A stretch of DNA of 63,317 nucleotides, filler included, from Guillardia theta CCMP2712 (lineage: Eukaryota; Protista; Cryptophyta): NCBI RefSeq assembly GCF_000315625.1. It is 9 parts of 9 records of this genome, joined end to end, with 100 filler letters (N's around TTAATTAATTAA, not from the genome) between each part and the next. Parts side by side here need not be neighbours in the genome. Positions count along the whole stretch, not along the records: positions 24,663 to 31,235 come from NW_005434215.1; positions 31,336 to 47,370 come from NW_005434417.1; 7 more parts are not named here. One strand, given 5' to 3'. The translations under genes and the position numbers were made by a program. This document shows positions 25,461-38,501 of this stretch, piece by piece (the first letter of the stretch is position 1; every line of letters starts with the position of its first letter). The notes beneath the pieces are model-generated. The model saw only the letters and a program-made list of their open reading frames with translations, searched no databases and had not been told where the DNA came from.

Positions 25461-26087
25461 ATGATCGCGGTGCTTCCACCGTGCGAATCTCCATGTTCAG
25501 ACTACTTTCATACGGTAGTACACGGGCGCGCCATTGCCTTGTGTTGGCACCGGACAAGACTTTGCACTCTCTTGCTCAGCGGTAGTCTCCGAGTATGCAC
25601 GGTGTAGAGCCGATAGCAGATGATCGACCAGTATCCGCATCCTTCTCTCTCGTTCTGTAGACGCCTGTCGAATGCCATTGCTCAGATGTCCTAGATTCAC
25701 GATGTCTCTCCACACGGACGCGCCCAGCGCTCCATGGCTATCTGTCGGATGCATGGTTTGATACCGCAGCAGCGTCACTCTCAGGGGGCTGAGTTGTATA
25801 CGCAACGGCGAGCGGGAGTATGGAGGATGAGACGGTGAGTTTGAGAGATCAGGTTCGGCTGAGGTTCTCAGCACAGGCTTAGAGCACCGAGGAGGGTGCC
25901 CCGGATGCGACTCAGCCTCGGACACATTGGACGCGTGTTGATATGTCACCTTCACACGGCGAACATCATATCTAGCAATAGCTCTATGTATAGCATGAGC
26001 TTACACGATCGATCTCGATGCGATCACTCCAGATTCCTGCAGTCCGTTCTGGCGCGGAAGCCCGATGATCAGCCTCCAGAAGCCGGA

Positions 26088-26726
26088 TCAGCCATGACGA
26101 GGTTCAGTAGGAGCCGTGTAGCTGATAGAGACTCCTTCATCTTCCATTCTCCCGCTTGGTTGCATGTACCACTCCAGCCAGTCCGGATCCACCACCACCC
26201 TATCGTGCAACCCGCCCTCAGAGCCCCCTTGCAATGCCATCGGGAGCTCATACAGAGGTAGCAGCTCGCCTGGGAGATGGTCGCTCGACATCATCTCTAC
26301 GGGCATCTGCATGCTTGGCTGCAAGACAGCGTCTTCGCGCACATGGTGTGGNNNNNNNNNNNNNNNNNNNNNNNNNNNNNNNNNNNNNNNNNNNNNNNNN
26401 NNNNNNNNNNNNNNNNNNNNNNNNNNNNNNNNNNNNNNNNNNNNNNNNNNNCGGGGGTCGCGTCTTGGCTAGTTGGGTGCATGTTGTGCAGCCAAGCGGC
26501 GCGCACATGGCCATCTTGGGATTCCCAGCTGCCGGCATGCTCCCTTCAAGGCAGTCAGCGAGATGCCCTGTGCCAAGCAGGAAGTCACTCGGCCGTCCAT
26601 AGAGAGGAGGGGGAGACGCACCAGTCTTTCAGCTACCTGGGCTTGAGGCAATCCAGCGTTTTGCTGGAGCAACTCGATGGTGACGAGCCGAGGACGAGAC
26701 AGCACGAAGACACCGTTGTTAGCCAT
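26088..26726 (-). CDS. RWP-RK domain transcription factor, copy 1
   Basis: VTIELLQQNAGLPQAQVAERL|intron|GISLTALKGACRQLGIPRWP fits the RWP-RK consensus. May have upstream exons. Contains a gap. Confidence 0.82.
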
Positions 26727-27695
26727 TTGAAGGTTGCGTGTCAGTGTAGCTGAGGCTATGCTGATATGTGAGCAGAGCTCTCACTTGCCTGCCCTCCGAC
26801 ACTGATTCTGTCTGTGATTGGGATCTGGGGACTTGAGCGCAGTAGCTTGCTTCGAGACAAGTAGCCTGAGGTTAGGATCGTCGTGGTCTTTTCTGCTCTG
26901 CTTGCTCTCTAGCTGATACCTGTCAGGATCCTCTTCGCCCCTGGTCTCGTTTTTTCTCCTTTCTGCCCCTGCGCCCCGTCAACTATGAATCCCGATTTCG
27001 CGTCCAAATCGCTTCACCCCCACCCCCCCCATTCTGCATCCGATCCTCGTGTGAAGCCTGGGACTACCCCCTCCCCCTGTCCCTCCCCCGATGAGATCTC
27101 ACAATAATGACCAGATGTTTGTTCTTTACTACACACCTTGTCCACGAAACAGAGTCTTCGTGGCGGCCACATACGGTGCTTACCGCTAGAGTTCGTCATT
27201 TCATAGTCTAGCGTCTCGGCGACTGATCAGTCACTATTTATCTGCCCCGCCGGGCTGCTGACGCAGTGGGAAAAAACGTTGACCTCGAGAAATAAAAAGA
27301 ATCCTACGGCATGATTTCAATTCTCTCTTGAGCACCTATTCGATGCTGACTTTATCGCGATGAAGCTACCCCTATCTATCCGGAGCATCAAAGAATGGAG
27401 ACTTGGCTCCTGCCAGCAACGACGACCGCCCGCCCGCCCGCACGCACGCACGCACGCACGCACAAGCAAAATGGCGTCACAAGACTCAGATGATCGACGA
27501 TGCTGGAGGAGGACCCACGCGTTGACTGATGTCAGCAGCAGTGCTGTTGATCACTTAGATTCGGCTCTTTCTCTAAATCATGCAACTCAACGGAGCCCTT
27601 TTCAAGATTGCTTCTTCCAAGAGTGAGCTTGCTCAACACAGCCCAGTGGCCTTGCGACCTTGAGCGGGATCTTCCGTTGGGAGAAGATGTGACAA

Positions 27696-28244
27696 TCAGG
27701 TATCGGTGAACCCAACTGCTGTTCCCATGGTAGGCATCGGAACCCAAGTATCCATCATCACTTTCGAGACGGTCAGGGCCAGGCGAGTCACGCTGAGATA
27801 ATGCCTGGCACGGTTTATGGGGCCACCCAGTCTTTTGACTGCATGACTGCACAAGAGCCTCGAGAGATGGAGGAGTCCGATCTTTACCATCGACATCTTG
27901 TTCAGACTGCTTTCATACACGGGCGCGCCATTGCCTTGTGTTGGCACCGGACAAGACTTTGCACTCTCTTGCTCAGCGGTAGTCTCCGAGTATGCACGGT
28001 GTAGAGCCGATAGCAGATGATCGACCAGTATCCGCATCCTTCTCTCTCGTTCTGTAGACGCCTGTCGAATGCCATTGCTCAGATGTCCTAGATTCACGAT
28101 GTCTGAGTATGGAGGATGAGACGATGAGTTTGAGAGATCAGGATCGGCTGAGGTTCTCAGCACAGGCCTAGAGCACTGAGGAGGGTGCCCCGGATGCGAC
28201 TCAGCCTCGGACACATTGGACGCGTGTTGATATGTCACCTTCAC
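27696..28244 (-). CDS. Hypothetical ORF in the RWP-RK tandem unit (paralogs 25497-25955 and 30063-30611)
   Basis: Open in all three copies. A 108-nt indel between copy 1 and copies 2/3 is in frame. Confidence 0.3.
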   Translation of the reverse strand: MKVTYQHASNVSEAESHPGHPPQCSRPVLRTSADPDLSNSSSHPPYSDIVNLGHLSNGIRQASTERERRMRILVDHLLSALHRAYSETTAEQESAKSCPVPTQGNGAPVYESSLNKMSMVKIGLLHLSRLLCSHAVKRLGGPINRARHYLSVTRLALTVSKVMMDTWVPMPTMGTAVGFTDT

Positions 28245-28376
28245 ACGGCGAACATCATATCTAGCAATAGCTCTATGTATAGCATGAGCTTACACGATCG
28301 ATCTTGATGCGATCACTCCAGATTCCTGCAGTCCGTTCTGGCGCGGAAGCCCGATGATCAGCCTCCAGAAGCCGGA

Positions 28377-29089
28377 TCAGCCATGACGAGGTTCAGTAGG
28401 AGCCGTGTAGCTGATAGAGACTCCTTCATCTTCCATTCTCCCGCTCGGTTGCATGTACCACTCCAGCCAGTCCGGATCCACCACCACCCTATCGTGCAAC
28501 CCGCCCTCAGAGCCCCCTTGCAATGCCATCGGGAGCTCATACGGAGGTAGCAGCTCGCCTGGGAGATGGTCGCTCGACATCATCTCTACGGGCATCTGCA
28601 TGCTTGGCTGCAAGACAGCGTCTTCGCGCACATGGTGTGGAGTTATGGACTCACAAGAAAAGAAGCTGCTGGAGGGAGCAGCAGAGGGGTCGTCGGGGGT
28701 CGCGTCTTGGCTGTTCTCTTGTTGTTGTGCAGCCAAGCGGCGCGCACATGGCCATCTTGGGATTCCCAGCTGCCGGCATGCTCCCTTCAAGGCAGTCAGC
28801 GAGATGCTCTGTGCCAAGCAGGAAGTCACTCGGGCCGTCCATAGAGAGGAGGGGAGACGCACCACCCTTCAAGGCAGTCAGCGAGATGCCCTGTGCCAAG
28901 CAGGAAGTCACTCGGCCGTCCATAGAGAGGAGGGGGAGACGCACCAGTCACTCGGCCGTCCATAGAGAGGAGGGGGAGACGCACCAGTCTTTCAGCTACC
29001 TGGGCTTGAGGCAATCCAGCGTTTTGCTGGAGCAACTCGATGGTGACGAGCCGAGGACGAGACAGCACGAAGACACCGTTGTTAGCCAT
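28377..29089 (-). CDS. RWP-RK domain transcription factor, copy 2 (internal intron/exon duplication)
   Basis: Same motif as copy 1. Intron and start of the next exon are locally duplicated at 28784-28990. Confidence 0.8.
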
Positions 29090-30743
29090 TTGAAGGTTGC
29101 GTGTCAGTGTAGCTGAGGCTATGCTGATATGTGAGCAGAGCTCTCACTTGCCTGCCCTCCGACACTGATTCTGTCTGTGATTGGGATCTGGGGACTTGAG
29201 CGCAGTAGCTTGCTTCGAGACAAGTAGCCTGAGGTTAGGATCGTCGTGGTCTTTTCTGCTCTGCTTGCTCTCTAGCTGATACCTGTCAGGATCCTCTTCG
29301 CCCCTGGTCTCGTTTTTTCTCCTTTCTGCCCCTGCGCCCCGTCAACTATGAATCCCGATTTCGCGTCCAAATCGCTTCACCCCCACCCCCCCCATTCTGC
29401 ATCCGATCCTCGTGTGAAGCCTGGGACTACCCCCTCCCCCTGTCCCTCCCCCGATGAGATCTCACAATAATGACCAGATGTTTGTTCTTTACTACACACC
29501 TTGTCCACGAAACAGAGTCTTCGTGGCGGCCACATACGGTGCTTACCGCTAGAGTTCGTCATTTCATAGTCTAGCGTCTCGGCGACTGATCAGTCACTAT
29601 TTATCTGCCCCGCCGGGCTGCTGACGCAGTGGGAAAAAACGTTGACCTCGAGAAATAAAAAGAATCCTACGGCATGATTTCAATTCTCTCTTGAGCCCCT
29701 GTAATTCGATGCTGACTTTCATCGCGATGAAGCTGTCCCTTTCTATCCGGAGCANNNNNNNNNNNNNNNNNNNNNNNNNNNNNNNNNNNNNNNNNNNNNN
29801 NNNNNNNNNNNNNNNNNNNNNNNNNNNNNNNNNNNNNNNNNNNNNNNNNNNNNNNNNNNNNNNNNNNNNNNNNNNNNNNNNNNNNNNNNNNNNNNNNGTC
29901 AGCAGCAGTGCTGTTGATCACTTAGAATCGGCTCTTTCTCTAAATCATGCAACTCAACGGAGCCCTTTTCAAGATTGCTTCTTCCAAGAGTGAGCTTGCT
30001 CAACACAGCCCAGTGGCCTTGCGACCTTGAGCGGGATCTTCCGTTGGGAGAAGATGTGACAATCAGGTATCGGTGAACCCAACTGCTGTTCCCATGGTAG
30101 GCATCGGAACCCAAGTATCCATCATCACTTTCGAGACGGTCAGGGCCAGGCGAGTCACGCTGAGATAATGCCTGGCACGGTTTATGGGGCCACCCAGTCT
30201 TTTGACTGCATGACTGCACAAGAGCCTCGAGAGATGGAGGAGTCCGATCTTTACCATCGACATCTTGTTCAGACTGCTTTCATACACGGGCGCGCCATTG
30301 CCTTGTGTTGGCACCGGACAAGACTTTGCACTCTCTTGCTCAGCGGTAGTCTCCGAGTATGCACGGTGTAGAGCCGATAGCAGATGATCGACCAGTATCC
30401 GCATCCTTCTCTCTCGTTCTGTAGACGCCTGTCGAATGCCATCGCTCAGATGTCCTAGATTCACGATGTCTGAGTATGGAGGATGAGACGATGAGTTTGA
30501 GAGATCAGGATCGGCTGAGGTTCTCAGCACAGGCCTAGAGCACTGAGGAGGGTGCCCCGGATGCGACTCAGCCTCGGACACATTGGACGCGTGTTGATAT
30601 GTCACCTTCACACGGCGAACATCATATCTAGCAATAGCTCTATGTATAGCATGAGCTTACACGATCGATCTTGATGCGATCACTCCAGATTCCTGCAGTC
30701 CGTTCTGGCGCGGAAGCCCGATGATCAGCCTCCAGAAGCCGGA

Positions 30744-31235
30744 TCAGCCATGACGAGGTTCAGTAGGAGCCGTGTAGCTGATAGAGACTCCTTCATCTTC
30801 CATTCTCCCGCTCGGTTGCATGTACCACTCCAGCCAGTCCGGATCCACCACCACCCTATCGTGCAACCCGCCCTCAGAGCCCCCTTGCAATGCCATCGGG
30901 AGCTCATACGGAGGTAGCAGCTCGCCTGGGAGATGGTCGCTCGACATCATCTCTACGGGCATCTGCATGCTTGGCTGCAAGACAGCGTCTTCGCGCACAT
31001 GGTGTGGAGTTATGGACTCACAAGAAAAGAAGCTGCTGGAGGGAGCAGCAGAGGGGTCGTCGGGGGTCGCGTCTTGGCTGTTCTCTTGTTGTTGTGCAGC
31101 CAAGCGGCGCGCACATGGCCATCTTGGGATTCCCAGCTGCCGGCATGCTCCCTTCAAGGCAGTCAGCGAGATGCCCTGTGCCAAGCAGGAAGTCACTCGG
31201 CCGTCCATAGAGAGGAGGGGGAGACGCACCAGTCT
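30744..31235 (-). CDS. RWP-RK domain transcription factor, copy 3 (5' part in gap)
   Basis: GISLTALKGACRQLGIPRWPCARR. Confidence 0.8.
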   Translation of the reverse strand, partial: RLVRLPLLSMDGRVTSCLAQGISLTALKGACRQLGIPRWPCARRLAAQQQENSQDATPDDPSAAPSSSFFSCESITPHHVREDAVLQPSMQMPVEMMSSDHLPGELLPPYELPMALQGGSEGGLHDRVVVDPDWLEWYMQPSGRMEDEGVSISYTAPTEPRHG

Positions 31236-31379
31236 NNNNNNNNNNNNNNNNNNNNNNNNNNNNNNNNNNNNNNNNNNNNTTAATTAATTAANNNNNNNNN
31301 NNNNNNNNNNNNNNNNNNNNNNNNNNNNNNNNNNNTCTTGTAACCTGGGGGGGGGGGGGGGAGGGAAGGTTTAGTCGTC

Positions 31380-33656
31380 AACCTGACTGAGACGGAGGTT
31401 GGAGGCGAAGGGTCCAAATGGAGACCATCCTTGGGACCAGAGGAAGTTGGTGACTATCCTCTGATGCTGCTGCGAGTAGCGAGAGAAAGGAGGAGCGATG
31501 GCTCCCAGCGTCGCACACACGCCAGCGAGGATCGCCTTGCTCGGGTTGGTAGCAGTGAGAGACAGCTGCTCGTGCTCGTAGAACAACGACTGCGCTCGCC
31601 AACATCAGTGACCCAGCATCGCCACCTCCTCCCCACCTGCTGTGTCACGTCGCCATGCTGGAGAACAAGCACGCCTCTGCTGCTGTACGCCAGCGTTCCT
31701 TCTCCTCCTCCCTCGCCATCTGCGAGCAGCCGCGTTACCCCTCCCCTCCCCTCACCCACTCCTCCTCCTCCTCCTACCAAGAATGAGAGGAGCGCTGGGA
31801 CGCTGCAGGGACAGGACGTAGACAGGCAAAACTCTAGTGCCCCCGCTGATCCCTCGCTTCCTTGCACTCTTGCGAGCTCCACCAGCCTTGTTCTTCTCTT
31901 TCTCCTCCGCCTCCTCCTCCTTCCCCTCGAAGAACTTGTGCCTAAGCGGGTGCCTGGCGTCGAGGTCAAACGATTGAAGAGGACGAGGGGCAGGGGAGAG
32001 GGAAGGACGCGGAGGAGGAGGAGGAGGAGTAGGAGATGAATGTTTTACCCAGCATCAAGCAGCCCCGCTGTCAAGTAGTCGCCAGATCGCTCAAGCTCAA
32101 GAAAGAGAGTCTGCAAAGCGATCAAGTGAGGCACGCATGCAGGAGGAGCAAGGAGTAGAAGCAGTAGGAGCAGCCACCTTGCTGTCGAGGTAGTGCTTGT
32201 AGTTGGACACGAGCTTCTTGTTCACGTGTGAGTGCGACGTGTCAGTCCTCGTCGCCTTCTCCACCGCGATCGCGACCCTCTCGTGCTCCTGCAGGTTGTG
32301 CAGCCCAGACACGAAGTGGATCGTCTGGTCCGGCAGTGCCAGCCGCTTCACCTCCTCCTCGATCCCCTTCACGTCGATGGAGAACGCATGCCCCTCCTCC
32401 AGCGGGTTGAAGTTGCGATGGTCGCGCAGCACCATCAGGGCCACCAACACCTCCTCCGACCCATCGAGCTCGTCCAGCAGCACGTCGGGCACGAAGAGGT
32501 GCGACACGGCTGACTGCACCATGCTCGCGAGCCGAGCCTCCAACGGCCACGTGCGGGAGGGCGAGGAAGCCTCCAACTCCCTCCCCCAGCTGAACCAGGC
32601 GCGAGGGATGCTGGTCGTGATCACCGCGCCCTCGCCAGCTCTCATGCTCCCGAACTGCGTCGGTCCAGCGTTGAGGTCCAGGAAGGCGAAGCGATCGTAG
32701 CAGAGGAAAGCGTCGGCCCCGAGCTCCTCCTCGGGGTCAACGAAGTACCTGTACACAAACTGCGAGCCCACTGCTCTCCTCAGCTCGCTCCCTTTCTTCC
32801 CCGCCATGCTCCCCTGCAGCTTGTCCAGCAGCCCCTCAGGAGCGAGCTCGAGCTTGTCGAGGTTTGCGATGAAGAGCGTGTACGACTGTACTGAGTTCTC
32901 CCCCTCAGAGCTCTTGGCCCCTCCTCCCCGGTGGAACCAGCTTCCCTCCTCCGGCTGCTTCTTGTCGCTGTCAGTGTCGAACTTGTACCTCTTTCCCCCC
33001 GCAGGCGCGTACGTGTCGTATATCTCCTTGAGCCTCTGATACACCCTCCCTTCGATCGGAACCCTGTACTCCAGCAGCTCCTCCTGCTCCTCCTGCCTCG
33101 CCCCCTCCTCCATAGTTCTCACGTCTCCCTTGGCATCTCCTGCCTTGCTCTTGCTCTCCTGTAGTGTCATCGAGGTCTTCACCGCATGCTCGAGAGCGCT
33201 CTTGAACTTCGCGTCGACATGAGCGACATGGAACCACAGGTCGTAGGAGACGTGCAGCTTCTCGCCGGTCTCCATGCAGGAAGGCTGCAGGGAGGGCATG
33301 GACTTCATGAGCAAGTCTTCGAACTCGGAGGCCGAGAGGGAAGTGAAGACGTTGTTGGAGTTGTAGTCCAAGTTGATCAGAAACACGTTCACCACCAGCG
33401 GGATCTTCATGGGAGCATGCTCCCGCCCGAAGGCAAACCTCGGAAGATGCTTGGGGAGGACGGGGCGGAGAGGCGAGATGAAAGCCTCCTTCCCTGTCGC
33501 TGCCTCCATCGACTCTTGCGGGATCAGCACGAGAGAGAAGAAGAGGAGGACCAACGTGGTTCCAGCAAGATCCCTCGCCCCTGCCTGTCTCCCTTCAACC
33601 TCCTGCATCTCGATCGGCAGCTCTTCCTCTGCTTCTGTTTCCTCTAATACCCTCAC
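31380..33656 (-). CDS. KNS3/SPOT1-family (At4g16180-like) secretory-pathway protein, 3' end in gap
   Basis: Hydrophobic signal segment, then PLVVNVFLI, PSCMETGE, RFAFLDLNAGP, and downstream ILAGVCATLGAIAPP...NFLWSQGWSPFGPF. These match remembered motifs of the plant family. Confidence 0.72.
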
Positions 33657-33996
33657 CAGTGCACAACGAAAACAACAAGAATCTTCACCTACTCCTCTCC
33701 TCTTCCCTCACCTCTCCTCTTTCACTTCCCTTCACCTCACCTCTCCTCTCCTCTCCTCTCCTCTCCTCACCTCACCTCACCTCTCCTCTCCTCTCCTCTC
33801 CTCTCCTCTCCTCTCCTCTCCTCTCCCTTCAATCATGCTTCCACCATTTTCTGCCACGCCATCGCTGTTACACTGGTAACCGTCAAGTCTGGTACCATCT
33901 CAGGCTCGCCTCATCGCGACTTTGCTTGACTAAAATTTATTACTCACTGTTTGCCATCCAACGAGACGTCAGCTAAGCTGCGAAGAACAGACCCCA

Positions 33997-34362
33997 GTCC
34001 TCTCGTCCTCAAGCTCGTCCTCTCGTCCTCAAGCTCGTCCTCTCGTCCTCAAGCTCGTCCTCTCGTCCTCAAGCTCGTCCTCTCGTCCTCAAGCTCGTCC
34101 TCTCGTCCTCAAGCTCGTCCTCTCGTCCTCAAGCTCGTCCTCTCGTCCTCAAGCTCGTCCTCTCGTCCTCAAGCTCGTCCTCTCGTCCTCAAGCTCGTCC
34201 TCTCGTCCTCAAGCTCGTCCTCTCGTCCTCAAGCTCGTCCTCTCGTCCTCAAGCTCGTTCCCTCGTCCTCAAGCTCGTCCTCTCGTCCTCAAGCTCGTCC
34301 TCTCGTCCTCAAGCTCGTCCTCTCGTCCTCAAGCTCGTCCTCGCGTCCTCAAGCTCGTTCTC
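33997..34362. repeat. 20-bp minisatellite (CTCTCGTCCTCAAGCTCGTC) x~18
   Basis: Direct reading. Confidence 0.95.
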
Positions 34363-34578
34363 TCACCAAAGCGTCCGGGTGATCGTACAGTAGAAGAGTA
34401 CGAGCGCGCCTGCCGTCAGTGCAGAGTCAGAGAAGAAGGTGACTTGTAAGCACATGGGAGAGGAGAGGCTTACCTTACCATGGCATCTGGACTCCAACTT
34501 GAAAGTCGCTCACTCGGCAGGAAGCTTAGCGGACCAAGAGTTGAGGACACGCAGAAACAGCGTCAACGAGCGACGACG

Positions 34579-34770
34579 GTGTGACTGGGTTCAACTTTCA
34601 GTCTGACGTCCAACAAGTGTGACTGGGTTCAACTTTCAGTCTGACGTCCAACAAGTGTGACTGGGTTCAACTTTCAGTCTGACGTCCAACAAGTGTGACT
34701 GGGTTCAACTTTCAGTCTGACGTCCAACAAGTGTGACTGGGTTCAACTTTCAGTCTGACGTCCAACAAGT
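34579..34770. repeat. Perfect 38-bp tandem repeat x5 (GTGTGACTGGGTTCAACTTTCAGTCTGACGTCCAACAA)
   Basis: Copies start at 34579, 34617, 34655, 34693 and 34731. No spacers. Confidence 0.97.
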
Positions 34771-34885
34771 GGCTGTTTGTACCATAAATACCCTCGTCTT
34801 ATGTCTTGCTGGATCCCCATCGACTTCCGTGGATCTGCTTGCCATCACTGAATCTTCATCGTCATCGCAGGTAATCATAGCTGTA

Positions 34886-34949
<64 letters not shown>

Positions 34950-35221
34950 GGTCTCACGCACAGTCCGACGTGCCCCCGGTAACACTGAGCGATATTCGAA
35001 AGATTTGAAGAAGCTGCAAGCACGCAGCCATCCTCAATCGCTCAAGTGGACGAGGAACCAAGTGTCTGTTCCCCTTGCGTCTGAGTTCGACGAGCTCAGT
35101 TGCTTTCTTCAGTCTCCCGCCGAGCGCCTGCAGCTTGTCGAGGCTTCACATGCGGCGCCAGAACGACAACCAAGGGGGTCGAGCTGAGAACACGCGCAGT
35201 CGATGGAGGACAAGTCGGGCA

Positions 35222-36860
35222 TCAAAGCTGTTGGTACATCCGAATGATCTTCTCCAGCAGGGGGCAGACAAACTGTCTTTCATGAGGGAGCTTGCTGCTT
35301 ACAGTCACGACCAGCCGCAAGGAAGAGAAGCGAGTGAGACTGACCTCAACGGACAGCTCGCATCGCTCTTGTACACACCGATGCACAAGACCCGAGCTAG
35401 TGACCATGGCATATTGGATCCTAATAAACCTGGAGTCAAGGCAGGTTGTGCTTGCAAGGCATTACCAAGCACTACCCGCCAAACAACAACCACGTCGTCA
35501 TGGCTGGAAGTCATCGCGCACCATGCATTCTGCGCCTTCTCTCAGGCACAAACCTTGACCTGCTTGCCTCACCTTCTCGTCCAGGGCGACCGAGTGGAGG
35601 CGACAGCCTGTTGGTTTCCTAGTGCAGAGAGCTTGAGCGATCTCGACTGGAAGAGAGGCTTCGCTCTTGCTTCCTCCTCTTTGACAGCAGGTCATCTTGC
35701 CATCTTCTGAGAGCCACCACACGAAAGCTGAAGCAAGCCTTCCTGAGACACAGCATCATGCCATGTCACCTCCTCCCGCCTTCACCGACAAACATGGATG
35801 GCCTCGCCATCAGCCGCTGACCTGCGTCACCATCACCATGCTCTACGAGCCCCAACGGCTCCTACCACACCTCGCAAATGCGACGCAACGCTGACGGTCC
35901 AGACGGGAGGCAACTCTAGAGTCCATAGCTCGTCGGTGCCTGACGAGCAGGCGATCTTGAATATCTTGCTGGTGGCGTTGGAGTCCCAGTGAGCGAGGAA
36001 CATCTCTCCCGTATCAGACGCAACAAGCGACACGACGTCAGTCTGTGCAAGCCCCAGACCGTCTAGTCTGACTCGAGCGAGAAGTCGAGCGTCTTCCACT
36101 GAGATCACAAGCAGCGTACGGCAGGCATGGTCCTACAAGGGAAGAGTGATCCGAGAGCGAGGCCCTCCTAGAGACACTGAGAGGTGTCGCAAGTGATAGA
36201 GACGTGCAAGTTCTTCAGCTACCAGCACGAGGATCTTGCGCGAGCATGCAGAGCAGATGAATCCTCTCTCCGCAGAAGCGTTCCCTAGTCGTGATCAGAC
36301 ATGAAATCTTTCGCATGGTTACCTGGCAGTCTGATTGTCTTCAGCATGCTGCCGGTCTTGACTCGAAACATCACGACTCGTTCCTGAGCGATCATCCCTG
36401 ATCCTCCGAACCTATCCGCCACCAACAGCTTGCTCCTGCACCGACTGAGGGCGAACGCGGTCGGTTCTCGCAAGGCCTGGTAACATCGTAAGACGGAGAT
36501 GCGCAGCAGGAGGATGGACCTGCTCCCCCTTGCCCTGGTAGGACATGAGGATGTCGCCGTCCATGCTCACCTCCAGGAAAGATCAGATCGGCCTGGCGTC
36601 GCTCGCTCTCACCTTCACCGCCCTCCCAGGCTCGAAGCGCGAGCCATCGCCGCTGCCAGCCTTGCGCTTCACTTAGTTCGCACCGCATGCAGCGCACCCA
36701 TCACCTGCAGCAGGAGGAAAAGCGATGCGCTGCCATCGCCTTCTACCTGCCATGGCCGTCGCAAGCTCTTGCTCCCCACCAAGCTGCCCGCATGCATGAA
36801 CTCCTTTCTGCAGTGCATTGCGGGGGATTCGAGATAGCTGGTGTACCCGGTGTCGTTCAG
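35222..36860 (-). CDS. Possible multi-exon protein with beta-propeller/NHL-like segments
   Basis: Fragments SLRRPWQVEGDGSASLFLL, PTAFALSRCRSKLLVADRF...RVVMFRVKTGSMLKTIRLP, LVASDTGEMFLAHWD. Structure unresolved. Confidence 0.3.
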
Positions 36861-36997
36861 ATGACGGGGTTAAAAATTCAGTGAAGTATGGCAGTCAGAA
36901 TGATCCGGTGGACCGACTAGGCTGCCAGGCCTGATCAAGGGACCACATTTATGGATTCTCTACTAAAACAACAAGACAGGCTTGTCGGAGCAAGACC

Positions 36998-38501
36998 TCA
37001 CATGAACATATCGTCGCCACCTGCAGTGAATGTCAGCGTCGTGACCGTCTTAGGTGACCTGCTTGACCTGGCGGCTGGAAGATGTCGTCTGGAATCTCTC
37101 GCCTTGTCCATCCAAACGCAGGACCATTCTAAGAGAAATCACGAGGTCAGTGACGGCACGTGACGGTCGGCAAGCAGCACAAGGTCACCGGGTTGGGAAA
37201 AACGCCGGGAGGGCCAAAGGGATCCACGCGAGCTCCTGGAGGAGCCGCCAAGCTCCCTCCTGCTCACCGAGGTTATCTCCCTGACTGCCCTCGCACTGTC
37301 CTGCCTGCAAGACTTCCACCGCCTCCCAAGGGCCCGACGCCTCCTAATGTGTCGATCAGTCGAACAAACGGAAAAGTCGCTGACACCGAATGCCGGATGC
37401 CGAGGCCCAAAGAGATTTCCCTCGGCTCCCATGCCTGGCATGACCTGCTCGGCTTCAGAGCAAGCAGGCAACGAGCAGCAGTGCCACCGGGTGACCGGGG
37501 AAGAGACCTCCTCCCGGCATCAAGTCTGTTCTGCCTAAGTCCGTATACACCTGAGCAAGGTTCCCTCCGAGTCCTCCTGGATGTCCGACATGCTCTGGCC
37601 TCCAAGGAAACGATCCGCTCCTCGGAACTTCTTCTGCTTGCATAGCACAGCCATGTTGTGAGCTGACGAAGGATCAGCGCGATGTGTCAAATTCAGCTAC
37701 AACAACCTGGACGGTTTCTTTGGAACGAGGGACGGTAATAGCTTGTAAGTGATGTTGATGCGAACAGCTCGGAGAAGAGCTTCAAGATCGGTATAAATCT
37801 TTCAAGCTCCATCAGTCACTAGAACCGAGACAAAGCACTGTGATCTACCTTTTCGTAGTCAGAAATAAGTCTCTGAGAATGCAGAGTCTGAACGAAGTCG
37901 GAGATTCTTGATGATTTGAGAGTGTCAGTCAAGGGTGACTTAATACGACAAGAATGTTCACGAAGAGAGGGGAGCCACCTGAGCTCCAGAAAGAACACGT
38001 CCTGGACATTGTCTGAAGCTGCATGGACAAGCAGGAGGTCCTGGAGCCCCACAAGTTTGACATTGACCTGAACCTTCACGTTCTTACCTCCATCGTCACA
38101 CATTTCACGGTGAATAACGCGAGGGACGAGGCATGACGGTAGAAGAAGGAGAACGCATCCTGGCAGCTATACGAAGAGTGAGATCGCGTCATCTAGTGAG
38201 GGTTACTGAACCCGTTCCAGTCGCTTGGGAAGGGGACGGGGGTCGAAGGGGCAGCTGCAGACGTCATTGAGGGGTTTAGATGAGCAAGACTCATGCCGTA
38301 CCCTTGATGGCTGCAGCTCTCGATTCTTCAGCAGCCACGAAGCGAAACCCTGTCAACTGTAAGCCTGCATAGACATGCTGAGGTCATGCTACAACCATCT
38401 TTCTCGAGACAGGCGTGAACGGCAAAAGCCAGTGCGTCTGCTTCAGAAGTGAACTCTCCCTTTTCAGGAAGTTGTTTGATCGCTGACTTGAGTGCTTCCA
38501 T
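36998..38501 (-). CDS. PSMF1: Proteasome inhibitor PI31 (PSMF1)
   Basis: N-terminal FP-domain motif DALAFAVHACLEKDG; C-terminal GNLFGPRHPAFG, PPGARVDPFGPPG and ...DDMFM* (HbYX-like end). Confidence 0.85.

Larger units (their letters stand above)
25495..31235. repeat. Tandem duplication of a ~2.37 kb unit carrying an RWP-RK gene (3 copies, partly truncated)
   Basis: Near-identical segments offset by ~2365 nt (26726/29089; 27696/30063). Confidence 0.95.

Noticed and set aside
34579-34770. CRISPR-like 38-bp repeats
   Set aside because: Head-to-tail copies with no spacers, no cas genes, eukaryotic context.
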